IMG/VR virus record: IMGVR_UViG_3300021437_000012
Coordinates: 24,615-88,614 of that record
Strand: one strand, 5' to 3'
Length of the DNA: 64,000 nucleotides
Source of the DNA: a virus
A model generated the notes under the pieces. The model did no database searches. It was given only the letters and a program-made list of their open reading frames with translations, and was not told the DNA's origin. Position numbers and translations under genes: made by a program. Shown here one piece after another: positions 9,731 through 18,813 of the stretch; position 1 is the stretch's first letter; every line of letters starts with the position of its first letter.

Positions 9731-10345
9731 ATGAAATCTTTCAATGAAATTGGTGCATTTTATGGTACAGATAAAGCTGACATATCCCTACATGGTCACT
9801 TTGCTGGTAATCCTGGGCATAATTATATGCGGTATTATGAGCGTATGTTGGGTACTTACCGCGCAGATGAACTTACGATAGTTGAAATTGGTGTACAGTA
9901 CGGCTATTCATTACAAGCATGGGATGAAATTTTCCCTAACGCAAATGTGCACGGGATTGATAAAAGTCCTTTGTGTGCACAAGAGCATATGACACGAGCT
10001 AAGTTACATACTTTTGATGCAACTAATTTGGAGGAATGTACAGCGTTCTTTACTAAGCTCGGGCCTGTCGATGTTCTTATTGAGGACGCATCACACCAAA
10101 GTCAAGAGCAGGTGAACTTATTTCATGCCCTGTTTCGTTATGTTCGATCAGGCGGGTTCTACGTAATTGAAGACATTGGCTGCGGCTATCAAGAATACTA
10201 TGGGGGAGGACCGGACGGCGGTGTTACTATCCAAATGGTCCGCTCATTCATTGATGATATCCACAATGGGTGTAGTAAATCGAAAATTACGGATATAGCA
10301 GGAGTTCATCTTTTTCGTGATATAGCTTTTGTGGAGAAAGCATGA
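9731..10345 (+). CDS. Sugar O-methyltransferase (MycE/TylE-like)
   Basis: YGTDK..HNY..YE, VEIGV, IEDASH, GGFYVIED. Confidence 0.75.
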   Translation: MKSFNEIGAFYGTDKADISLHGHFAGNPGHNYMRYYERMLGTYRADELTIVEIGVQYGYSLQAWDEIFPNANVHGIDKSPLCAQEHMTRAKLHTFDATNLEECTAFFTKLGPVDVLIEDASHQSQEQVNLFHALFRYVRSGGFYVIEDIGCGYQEYYGGGPDGGVTIQMVRSFIDDIHNGCSKSKITDIAGVHLFRDIAFVEKA

Positions 10346-10968
10346 ATTGGATTGAGCGGCTGTACGAGATTAAGAACAAAGATCTGTATTCACAGAACGG
10401 AGAAGGACTGTTATTAGAACACATCTCTAATGCGTTAGGCTTTAACACTGGAACTATTGATGATATCGGCGGCGGGGATGGCTTGTATCTTAGTAATAGT
10501 AGGCATTTACAAAATCTAGGGTGGGACAGATACGTTATAGACCGCGAACGTGGACAAACTGTTACAGTAGAGAATATTCTTGATATACCATTATTTTTGT
10601 TTGAACGAAATACGGCTACAGTACTGTCTATTGATATTGACGGCAATGACTACTGGATACTTGATACAATCTTGCAACATCGTAAGCCGTCCATCATCGT
10701 TGCTGAGTTTAATGCTACATATACTAACTCTCGTACTATCGCGTATAATCCTGATCATGTATGGGCAGGGGATAGCTATTACGGATTTACTTTTGCCGCT
10801 GGGTGCAAACTTGCTGAACGATTCGGATACCGTGTTATTTTTCAAGTCGCAAATATGAACATGATCATGGTACGTAGCGAATTAGTAACAGTGCGTGTAC
10901 CTTCAATTACAGTCAAGCAAAATCACTATTTCAAAATGTCTGATCGCACTGATTGGGTAGACGTATGA
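10342..10968 (+). CDS. Putative methyltransferase (FkbM-related)
   Basis: YSQNGE, LSIDIDGNDYWI, IVAEFN. Confidence 0.65.
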   Translation: MNWIERLYEIKNKDLYSQNGEGLLLEHISNALGFNTGTIDDIGGGDGLYLSNSRHLQNLGWDRYVIDRERGQTVTVENILDIPLFLFERNTATVLSIDIDGNDYWILDTILQHRKPSIIVAEFNATYTNSRTIAYNPDHVWAGDSYYGFTFAAGCKLAERFGYRVIFQVANMNMIMVRSELVTVRVPSITVKQNHYFKMSDRTDWVDV

Positions 10969-11630
10969 AAATAGCTTTGCTTACGTCTTATTTTGGTGTG
11001 TGTCCCTACGAATTTTTGTTTATGGGGGCCGCTACAGAATACTGCACTCGACACAGCTACAATTTAATAAGTATACGCGGGCAGTATGATGTTGATCAGA
11101 ATTTTAATTTTGGTATACCGTTTAAGACAAGCTACGGCGGCGAACCTTGGATATGGTGGTATAAACAATCGTTAATTTCTACGTATTTGCCGCTATACGA
11201 TTACGTTCTATGGATTGATATGGATTGCTTGCTGCTTAATATGAGTCTATCAATTCAGACTCTTATAGAAGAATTCGGAGATAACGATTTGCTTGTAGCA
11301 GACCATCGTGGTATTCCTGATACGGGCCTTTTATTGTTTCGCAATTCAGTGGCCACGCGAGAATGGGTTAGATATTGGATTGAGTACGGCTACACTAAAT
11401 TTGCCACCGCAGCGTGTGTTCCGCATAACAATCATGCTGCTTTTGAGTCTATGTATGCTACTGGCGCACTACCTGCAAATTCTAAAGTCGTAGTGTCGCC
11501 ACAATTTGGTGTTGGGCATGGATTTATGGATGGTCAACTAAGTACAACATTAGCTATGCATGTTTATGGAACGCCAATAGAGGAGAAAGTACAGATTATG
11601 GCTGCTTTCCAGAATCGAATACGCCGATGA
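10965..11630 (+). CDS. Glycosyltransferase, GT34 (GMA12/MNN10)-like
   Basis: WYK..YDYVLWIDMDCLLLN, DTGLLLFRN. Confidence 0.7.
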   Translation: MKIALLTSYFGVCPYEFLFMGAATEYCTRHSYNLISIRGQYDVDQNFNFGIPFKTSYGGEPWIWWYKQSLISTYLPLYDYVLWIDMDCLLLNMSLSIQTLIEEFGDNDLLVADHRGIPDTGLLLFRNSVATREWVRYWIEYGYTKFATAACVPHNNHAAFESMYATGALPANSKVVVSPQFGVGHGFMDGQLSTTLAMHVYGTPIEEKVQIMAAFQNRIRR

Positions 11631-12148
11631 TGCGTTCTGGAGTAGAATTTGGGTTTTCCAAGGTTGGGGAAGACGTGTGGGTATCAGATAAGGCAAGCAT
11701 CTATAGCGCATCAAAAATCAGTATTGGGGACCATGTACGTATAGACGATTTTTGTATTCTCAGCGCGGGTGAGGGTGGTATAGCATTAGGGAACTTTATT
11801 CATATTGCTTGTTACTCGTCTTTAATTGGTCATGCTTTGATCCAGTTGCACGACTACGCAAACATTGCCGCGCGCACGTCTATTTTAAGTTCGTCCGATG
11901 ATTTTTCAGGACGCCACTTAATAGGCCCGACAGTCGAAGAAAAGTATCGTAAAGTTACTCATAGAGAAGTAACTATCGGAGCATATTCTGTTATTGGTGC
12001 GGGGTGTGTGGTTTTACCAGGGTCACATATCGGTGCAAATGTTGCTGTTGGAGCTATGAGTTTGGTACGTGGGTACTTAGAAAATGATAGTATTTATGTA
12101 GGTGTGCCAATAAAAAGGATCAAAGGCCGTGAGCGAAGGTGTCTATAA
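11627..12148 (+). CDS. Hexapeptide-repeat sugar acyltransferase (VioB-like)
   Basis: IGDHVRIDDFCILS, SSDDFSG, left-handed beta-helix repeats, GVP. Confidence 0.85.
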   Translation: MMRSGVEFGFSKVGEDVWVSDKASIYSASKISIGDHVRIDDFCILSAGEGGIALGNFIHIACYSSLIGHALIQLHDYANIAARTSILSSSDDFSGRHLIGPTVEEKYRKVTHREVTIGAYSVIGAGCVVLPGSHIGANVAVGAMSLVRGYLENDSIYVGVPIKRIKGRERRCL

Positions 12149-12755
12149 AATTACTGAAATGTTCGAGCAATCTCTGTGTGAGTATACAGGGGCGCCGTAT
12201 GCTGTTACCTTTGATTCTTGTAGTAGTGCGTTATTTACAGCCTTATCATACCTAAAGTTAAATGGGGAGTTTATTCGCATCCCATCGCATACGTACATGA
12301 GTGTTCCTTGTGCAGTAAAACAAGCTGGGGGACGGGTTCAATTCGTAGAAAGTAGCCCTATTTTAGTTGGAGCGTATAGGTTATTGCCCACTAACATCAT
12401 AGATAGTGCTCTACGGTTTACGGCAGACATGTACGAATTTGGAACAGAAACGTGTTTGTCATTTACAGGCCCATTCAAGCATCTTAAACTTAGTAAGGCG
12501 GGTGCCATTTTAACGGACAGTCCGTGTAAAGCTGAATGGTATCGTAAATTTCGGTTTAACGGGCGTAACGAATGTTCGTATCATACTGATAACTTTACAA
12601 TGTTGGGATGGAATTTCTACTTGTTACCTGAAATTGCTGCGCGTGGTGTTTTGCTTATGCGACAATTCTATAATCTTGATGGTACAAAAAAACACATGCA
12701 GGATATTGCACTGCCGTATCCTGACCTTAGCAAATTCGAGGTATACACAACATGA
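12129..12755 (+). CDS. Short DegT/DnrJ/EryC1/StrS-family aminotransferase-like protein
   Basis: FEQSLCEYTGAPYAV..SCSSAL, IIDSA, LSF...K; only 208 aa. Confidence 0.75.
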   Translation: MSEGVYKITEMFEQSLCEYTGAPYAVTFDSCSSALFTALSYLKLNGEFIRIPSHTYMSVPCAVKQAGGRVQFVESSPILVGAYRLLPTNIIDSALRFTADMYEFGTETCLSFTGPFKHLKLSKAGAILTDSPCKAEWYRKFRFNGRNECSYHTDNFTMLGWNFYLLPEIAARGVLLMRQFYNLDGTKKHMQDIALPYPDLSKFEVYTT

Positions 12756-13543
12756 TCACCTTCGCAGTCACAGCATACAACGAATCTCTCCGCGGACGCA
12801 CTCCGTTTCAGTGGATTCGGGAGTGTATTACGCCAGCATTATCGCATAACTATGTTAGCGAGATTTTAGTGTACGACGACGGCTCTGACGATTACCCACA
12901 GTTATACCATACACTGAAAAATTACCCTAAAATTAATATGCACTTCGGAGAACAGAATCTCGGCGTTTTCGGAGCTAAACTAGAATCCGTGTTTCGCACG
13001 GAAAATGAATGGGTGATGATGGCAGATTCTGACAACGTGTTTGACTCTGCATATCTTGATCGATTGGAACGTATGGATAGACTAAGTGATCGTACATTTG
13101 TCTGTCCTAGCTTTGGACTTCCGATGTTAGACTATAGGCACTGCGTAGGTATGTGGTCTATGGATAACATAGGTCGATTGTCACGTATGAAAGCGTTTGA
13201 CTGCGTTGTGAATACAGGCAATCAATTTGTGAATCGTGAAACTTTCATGACGCTATTCGCACCCTACCGTGGACCTCGTTTCGATCTGAAGTTACCTGAT
13301 TACCTAAACGTAGGTGATCGTTCCAATATTCGCTGGCGTAAGATCTACGACGCATGTGATAGCTTGATTATCAATTCCATCGCGTTAAAAGCTGATGTTT
13401 CACTGTGGGTCGCACCTGAGTTAACCTATACTCATGGCTCACTAATGCCCGAGCACAAAAACATCATGCCGTCTTCGTGGGAACAGGCACCGCCTGAAAA
13501 AGAACAGTTATCCAAGATTCTCATTCAGGAGTTACTTAGGTGA
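12752..13543 (+). CDS. Glycosyltransferase family 2
   Basis: TAYNE, EILVYDDGSDD, NLG, MADSDN. Confidence 0.8.
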   Translation: MITFAVTAYNESLRGRTPFQWIRECITPALSHNYVSEILVYDDGSDDYPQLYHTLKNYPKINMHFGEQNLGVFGAKLESVFRTENEWVMMADSDNVFDSAYLDRLERMDRLSDRTFVCPSFGLPMLDYRHCVGMWSMDNIGRLSRMKAFDCVVNTGNQFVNRETFMTLFAPYRGPRFDLKLPDYLNVGDRSNIRWRKIYDACDSLIINSIALKADVSLWVAPELTYTHGSLMPEHKNIMPSSWEQAPPEKEQLSKILIQELLR

Positions 13544-14436
13544 GCGTCGTACAGATGACCAACTTCGGTCAAATGGGGCGATGGGGTAATCAGATATTTC
13601 AGTACGCTTTCTTGAATTTATATGCTGAAAGGTACGGTGCAACTGTTGAAATTCCAGCGTGGGCTGGTGATGCTATTTATGGGGTGCCTCGGCAGTCACC
13701 TACAGAAAAACTCCCGCTTTACTATAATCGCAAAGGTGAACGGCATTACGAATATCCGCCGATAGGCAATGAAGTTGTAGATCACGATTATTGTGGATAT
13801 GGGCAGTTCCATACGTCATGGTACGCACTACATAAGGACAAATTTCGCAGCTACTTCCAACCAAATCAATCAATTGTGCGCCGGCTTGCTCCTGCATTGA
13901 GCAGACTACAGCGGCATAATACGACTGTGGGATTACACATTAGGCGGGGAGATTATGGCCGTTCGATTTTCTACATAACTCTTATTGCGTGGTACTTGCA
14001 GCTTCTTTCACATATCTGGCCATTGTTGAACGATCCTATTTTATTTATTGCAACGGAAGACTTGAGTTTAACCACGGAGTTCAACGCTTATCTCCCGGTT
14101 ACAACGCAATCATTGGGCGTTGATCTTAACAGTGCACCTTTGATGCACTACAATTATTTACCTCATGACCTACAGACTCACGAGCTTGTGCAGATGGATT
14201 TCTTCCCCGACTTTTACTTTTTGTCACACTGCGATATTGTCATTGCGCCAAATTCTACATTCAGTTTTGCTGCGGCGATGATGAATCCACACCTTCAGAA
14301 GTTTTACCGATCTGAGTTAGAAACTCAGCGTTTTGTGGAGTTAGATGTATGGAATTCACGTCCATTGACCCATGTTAATGTCAATGAATTTCCCGAAGTG
14401 CCCGGCGTTCGTCTCGACTCTAATCCGTGGTGGTAG
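13540..14436 (+). CDS. Alpha-1,2-fucosyltransferase-like (GT11)
   Basis: GRWGNQIFQYA, GLHIRRGDY, IAPNSTFSFAAA. Confidence 0.85.
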   Translation: MSVVQMTNFGQMGRWGNQIFQYAFLNLYAERYGATVEIPAWAGDAIYGVPRQSPTEKLPLYYNRKGERHYEYPPIGNEVVDHDYCGYGQFHTSWYALHKDKFRSYFQPNQSIVRRLAPALSRLQRHNTTVGLHIRRGDYGRSIFYITLIAWYLQLLSHIWPLLNDPILFIATEDLSLTTEFNAYLPVTTQSLGVDLNSAPLMHYNYLPHDLQTHELVQMDFFPDFYFLSHCDIVIAPNSTFSFAAAMMNPHLQKFYRSELETQRFVELDVWNSRPLTHVNVNEFPEVPGVRLDSNPWW

Positions 14437-14439
14437 GGC

Positions 14440-14468
14440 TTGACATGTTTATAGACTCCTGGTATAGT
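14440..14468 (+). promoter_or_regulatory. Sigma70-type promoter
   Basis: TTGACA-17 nt-(TG)TATAGT. Confidence 0.75.
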
Positions 14469-14478
14469 TTCGCCCAAC

Positions 14479-15189
14479 ATGAGCTTGGCACCTACCGTTC
14501 TCGTGTGCGTCTCAGGGTTTAGGGATACGGCGCTACTGCGCGGGTGTGTGCGGTCGGCCAACGCACTAGGATGGCCTGTGCTGTACGCTGATGGCGCTTA
14601 TAGGACGTTTCTTGACCGTCCCGACTCTGACCCTTGGGTGACGTCATCAGATGAGCTACGCGAGGCTACAGAAGGGTCTGATGTAGCCTTTATGCCAGCA
14701 TTGCAAAAACAACCGTGGCCCGATGAGCCAACAAAGTTGAATGCAATTTTAAATCATGTTTCAGCGCACTACGATATTTTTTATCGTCCAACTTGGTTAG
14801 TATTTCTTGACTGTGATGAACGGCTAGAGTGGGTAAATCCGCGTGAAGAAGTTACCGGCTTTTTATACGCGCTACTTTCTATGCCTGAAATTAAGTGGGC
14901 TACCATTAAAACGTATCAGCCAAAATCTGGTGTCATTTCGTCCGTTGCCCGGTTTTTTAAGTTCGATGAGCATATTCGTGAGAATTTAGCGTTTAGTTCT
15001 ATTCCGCCGTTTCCGTTGTTATGGGATGGGGCAGCGTTGTGTGCGCCATGTGAATCATCCTACACCGGACTTCGGACAAATTGCGTTAATATACCATATA
15101 GTCTTCTAAGAATTCGGCATGAGTGTGGAAGACAGACTGCGGAACGTAAAGCTCAACTAGCGAGGTATCGTGCAATTATACGTGTTTGA
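14479..15189 (+). CDS. GT-A/GT2-like glycosyltransferase, paralog of 3873-4586
   Basis: LVCVSGF..CVRSANALG..VLYADGAY..FLDCDERLE..LRIRHE. Confidence 0.6.
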   Translation: MSLAPTVLVCVSGFRDTALLRGCVRSANALGWPVLYADGAYRTFLDRPDSDPWVTSSDELREATEGSDVAFMPALQKQPWPDEPTKLNAILNHVSAHYDIFYRPTWLVFLDCDERLEWVNPREEVTGFLYALLSMPEIKWATIKTYQPKSGVISSVARFFKFDEHIRENLAFSSIPPFPLLWDGAALCAPCESSYTGLRTNCVNIPYSLLRIRHECGRQTAERKAQLARYRAIIRV

Positions 15190-15748
15190 TGATGTACTTC
15201 AGATTTACCGCAAATGGCGGCGAGATGAGCTTCAAGGAATTTATCTACAGTATGCAAGTAATGTAGATGCTTTATACAACTTAGTTTGGTGCAAAGGGTA
15301 TGGGTATTCACCTGTTGTAGATGCAGTACAACGAGATACGCCTGTGGGTGACGCATTAACGGAGAATTCAGTGCTGACATTTGCGGTCGCTTATGGTGTA
15401 GTGGACTCATTATGGCTAAATGGAACTACTTGCCAATTAGTTACTAAGGCGCCCTATGTATATAAAGTTCCACTTAATTTGGAACAACAAGCTGGGCTAC
15501 CTTCGTTAAAATCAGGATGGTATGCTTTATTGGATTGGAGTTATTTCGCACCAAAGTGGGAAACAGACGATTCTATTGATAAGTCTATGGATCTTTTCTT
15601 TTCGTTCAACCATGGTGTACCAGAAACAATCTACTTACTAACTCCATGGCATCGTTGCAGTTCAAATTTAGCAAAATTCGCACAGTTCACTTCTCGTTTA
15701 AAAACAATGTATGGCGTAGACACCATCAACTGTCGAGGGATAAAATAA
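15170..15748 (+). CDS. Hypothetical protein
   Basis: 192-aa ORF packed in the operon. Confidence 0.5.
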   Translation: MQLYVFDDVLQIYRKWRRDELQGIYLQYASNVDALYNLVWCKGYGYSPVVDAVQRDTPVGDALTENSVLTFAVAYGVVDSLWLNGTTCQLVTKAPYVYKVPLNLEQQAGLPSLKSGWYALLDWSYFAPKWETDDSIDKSMDLFFSFNHGVPETIYLLTPWHRCSSNLAKFAQFTSRLKTMYGVDTINCRGIK

Positions 15749-15751
15749 ATC

Positions 15752-16447
15752 ATGTTACCGTACACACCCACTATTACTCAAATCCTTGATGTAATTAATA
15801 AGCCATTTCTTGTTAAATGGAAAGTGGAAAACGCGCAGGCTATAACTGCAAAGTTAGCTGCTGAAATGTATAGTGACGCATCATTTACAGATCATATAAA
15901 GTTTCATCAAGCCTTAACTAATAAAGTCACTGCTATTACACAACAATCGCAAACAGACATTTCATCTCGCGGCACGTCTATTCACGATTTAATTAGCTAC
16001 GCATTACTAACTAAAATGAAAAAAACTGATGGGTTAGTAAAACCAGAACCTACGGATTCAACTAGAATTGCTTGGGAAAATTGGAGAACTTGGGCTAACA
16101 AGGTAAAACCAAAACCTCTTTATATTGAGCATCGTATTCAAAGCGACGTACATAAGTATAGAGGTAAGTTGGACGCCATAATACAGCTTGGTAAGATAGT
16201 AACGGTCGTTGATTGGAAGACTGGTAAAGCAGTGTATCCTGAAGCTATTATGCAAGTGGCCGCTTATGCACGTGCAGCAGCAGAGATGAAATTAGTTAAA
16301 CCTGGGTATGAATGTGCTGTAATTCGTATTTCTAAAGATGACCCTCGTGATGAGGTTGAAGTGGTTAAGGTAGATAAGGCGGAGGAAGTAGCAGCATTCG
16401 GTGCTTTTTTGTCTGCACGGCAACTGTGGGGCTACTTAAATGCCTGA
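15752..16447 (+). CDS. PD-(D/E)XK nuclease (RecB/Cas4-like fold)
   Basis: RGTSIH, YRGKLDAI, VVDWKTG, QVAAYA. Confidence 0.8.
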   Translation: MLPYTPTITQILDVINKPFLVKWKVENAQAITAKLAAEMYSDASFTDHIKFHQALTNKVTAITQQSQTDISSRGTSIHDLISYALLTKMKKTDGLVKPEPTDSTRIAWENWRTWANKVKPKPLYIEHRIQSDVHKYRGKLDAIIQLGKIVTVVDWKTGKAVYPEAIMQVAAYARAAAEMKLVKPGYECAVIRISKDDPRDEVEVVKVDKAEEVAAFGAFLSARQLWGYLNA

Positions 16448-17423
16448 ATTAAAGTGTGTAGTTCTTGCAAATAAGCAGTATGAAACCTATATGTCCAACG
16501 AAGGTTGGCAGTTACAGGAGGGATTGCAGTTAGCAGGGTGGAAACTACGTGGTTATGGGTATGAAGATAATTCGGTTGACGTGCAAAGCATTATAGATCA
16601 AGACCATCCTGATGTAGTGATGATTCAAGATGTACGGGATTGGGCTAATGGGGATTCTCCCGTTAAATTCTGTAATACACAAATCTTAAGAGAACACAGC
16701 AGTATCTTCAAAGTGATGGTACTAAAAGACCCTTGGTATTGTTCAGATTTTCAATCTATGTACATGGGATTGATGGGTGTTAAGGCGTGTGTGGTTTATT
16801 ACCAGCAAGATACAGTACGCCAACATACTACATGGCTACCACAAAATATGTCACTTATTCGTACATACCATAGCGTTGATCCAACACAAGCGGCTAATGC
16901 GTATAATGTCAATTTACGTAGAGAAGATGGTTTAGTTTCTGGGACTTTGGAGCCGTATGAAACCTATCCCATGCGTAACTGGTTTGTGCGTAATTGTGCT
17001 GAATTAGATTTACGTGTACTACCTCATCCGCAGTATTACGTACAAGCCAAATCAGCAACTAACGCCTATCTACGTATTCTTAGTCAATTTAAAGTACATG
17101 TAGCTACTGCTAGTATTTACCAATGTGCGTTACGTAAGATAATCGAGTCAATTGCAACTGGGTGCATTCCAATCACAAATTTATCTAGTAATGATAAATT
17201 GCCTATGATTGATTCTGCTATTTGGCGCGCCCGATTTGATCAAGATGTGTATAGAATGCACAATGTACTACAATTGGCTAAAGAAAACTGGCGTAAAGAC
17301 CGTGCACTTCACTACGCACGTCTTGCATGGGAACACTATTCTTACATAAATCAAGGTAGACTTTTGTCCGAAGAAATTAAGAGGCAATACTATGCGCATT
17401 TTCGGCATCGTAACGTGTGTTGA
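16440..17423 (+). CDS. Putative GT-B glycosyltransferase
   Basis: HSVDP, Y..ILSQFKV..RKIIESIATGCIPITN (CgeB/Glyco_trans_1_2-like C-terminus). Confidence 0.55.
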   Translation: MPELKCVVLANKQYETYMSNEGWQLQEGLQLAGWKLRGYGYEDNSVDVQSIIDQDHPDVVMIQDVRDWANGDSPVKFCNTQILREHSSIFKVMVLKDPWYCSDFQSMYMGLMGVKACVVYYQQDTVRQHTTWLPQNMSLIRTYHSVDPTQAANAYNVNLRREDGLVSGTLEPYETYPMRNWFVRNCAELDLRVLPHPQYYVQAKSATNAYLRILSQFKVHVATASIYQCALRKIIESIATGCIPITNLSSNDKLPMIDSAIWRARFDQDVYRMHNVLQLAKENWRKDRALHYARLAWEHYSYINQGRLLSEEIKRQYYAHFRHRNVC

Positions 17424-18072
17424 CTATTCTGGTTTTCTTGAAAAGAGTTTATCTATATGGCAAGCAGGACTAGATAAGTTGGTCGTGGTAACTTCGCAAG
17501 AAGATAACCGCACTCAGCAACTTTTAGATTCTCCTGAATATTCGCAAGTTATCTTGCATCCTACTAATGCGTTTTGGCAAGACGGTGCATTATTCAACAA
17601 AGCTGCGGCTCTAGAAGAAGCTTATATAACACTGCGAACTTCAGCGGATGAATGGGTTTTATTTTTTGATGCTGATGTTATTCCACCTACTGGGTGGCGG
17701 CAGGATATTGAAGAAATTGGACAACTTGAATTGGGTTGCATATATGGTGCTATTCGTCGTACTGAAGACTATAGGCTGATACGTGATACGGAACTAGCTG
17801 GATTTTTTCAGCTATGGCATCGTCGTGATCCTGTTGTTCAGACTTTGCCATTATTAGGTTCATGGCATAATGCTTCTGGTTACGATTCTGCATTTGCCAC
17901 TCGGTGGCCTAAAACTAACCAACGTTGTGCACCAATTAGCTTAATACACCAAGGAAACGTCGGTAGAAATTGGTGCGGGGTAGGCCATGATTCTGACATG
18001 GGCGAAGTTTTTGCAAATCGACGACACAAAGGCGGATTTCTTCACGAGCGACTGGACAATATAGGGCGTTAG
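17392..18072 (+). CDS. Putative GT-A glycosyltransferase
   Basis: TCVDYSGFL, FNKAAA, WVLFFDADV, GFFQLW. Confidence 0.65.
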   Translation: MRIFGIVTCVDYSGFLEKSLSIWQAGLDKLVVVTSQEDNRTQQLLDSPEYSQVILHPTNAFWQDGALFNKAAALEEAYITLRTSADEWVLFFDADVIPPTGWRQDIEEIGQLELGCIYGAIRRTEDYRLIRDTELAGFFQLWHRRDPVVQTLPLLGSWHNASGYDSAFATRWPKTNQRCAPISLIHQGNVGRNWCGVGHDSDMGEVFANRRHKGGFLHERLDNIGR

Positions 18073-18081
18073 TGGTACACT
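18053..18081 (+). promoter_or_regulatory. Sigma70-type promoter (extended -10)
   Basis: TGGACA-17 nt-(TG)TACACT. Confidence 0.55.
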
Positions 18082-18086
18082 TAAAT

Positions 18087-18180
18087 TGCCTAGATCCTCT
18101 AGGCACGTCAGTTTCTCCTCTGTATAGGTGCATCGTCGTACCCATTAACTCGGACCCACTATGACGATGCACCGTTTTTT
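18087..18180 (+). ncRNA. Candidate small regulatory RNA with anti-SD seed
   Basis: 5' hairpin TGCCTAGA/TCTAGGCA, single-stranded CGTCAGTTTCTCCTCTGTATA, 3' terminator; promoter-like sequence upstream. Confidence 0.5.
18127..18180 (+). terminator. Intrinsic terminator
   Basis: GGTGCATCGTCGTA/TATGACGATGCACC 14-bp stem (one G-U) plus TTTTTT. Confidence 0.7.
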
Positions 18181-18186
18181 CAATAA

Positions 18187-18813
18187 ATGAACTACGATAC
18201 AGCACTCATAACTAGCGAAGACTTCAAATCGTACTATGGTATATTGTCTTCATCTACAGGATCAGATAGCTTAATAGCTCTATTAATAGAAAAGTGCTCT
18301 TCGCTTATAAGTGAATTTTGTGAACGAAAATTTCAGTCTGCTAGCTATACTGAATATTTCGATGGTAGAGGTAAATCTGATTTATTTGTAACGCACTACC
18401 CAATTGCAAGCCCGTTGTCTGCGACTACTGGTGGTGGTTTGTGGGATGACCCTCAGCGTACTTATTCTGATTCGTATAAGTTGACAGAGGATGTAGGCCA
18501 GGGCACTGGTGATTTTGTTGTATACCCTTCGGAAGAAGGTCAAGGCAAAATATCACGTATCAACGGTGTTTTTTACGTAGGGCGTCGAAATATAAAAATA
18601 ACGTACACTGGTGGGTATACGCAAATACCTAGACAAATTCAACTTGCTTGTTTTCGTATGGTTAGTAATGAGTACCAAAAAACACAAAAAGATACCTTTG
18701 GGCAAAGTTCTCAATCAATCCACCGAGATTCAACTACTTATATAGCACCTAAAGATGTACCTCTTGATATTCGGGAAATGTTAGAACGCTGGAGAAAGTG
18801 GTCGTTTAGATGA
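18187..18813 (+). CDS. Head-tail connector/adaptor protein
   Basis: LI...SSLISEFCER...YTEYFDG...IKITYTGGY..IP..IQLAC; position. Confidence 0.75.
   Translation: MNYDTALITSEDFKSYYGILSSSTGSDSLIALLIEKCSSLISEFCERKFQSASYTEYFDGRGKSDLFVTHYPIASPLSATTGGGLWDDPQRTYSDSYKLTEDVGQGTGDFVVYPSEEGQGKISRINGVFYVGRRNIKITYTGGYTQIPRQIQLACFRMVSNEYQKTQKDTFGQSSQSIHRDSTTYIAPKDVPLDIREMLERWRKWSFR

Noticed and set aside
15752-16447. Cas4
   Set aside because: Lacks the Fe-S cysteine set and any CRISPR context
3849-18072. Host LPS/capsule locus (prophage boundary)
   Set aside because: Flanked on both sides by co-oriented virion genes, with no wzx/wzy/ABC exporter; misassembly cannot be excluded without reads
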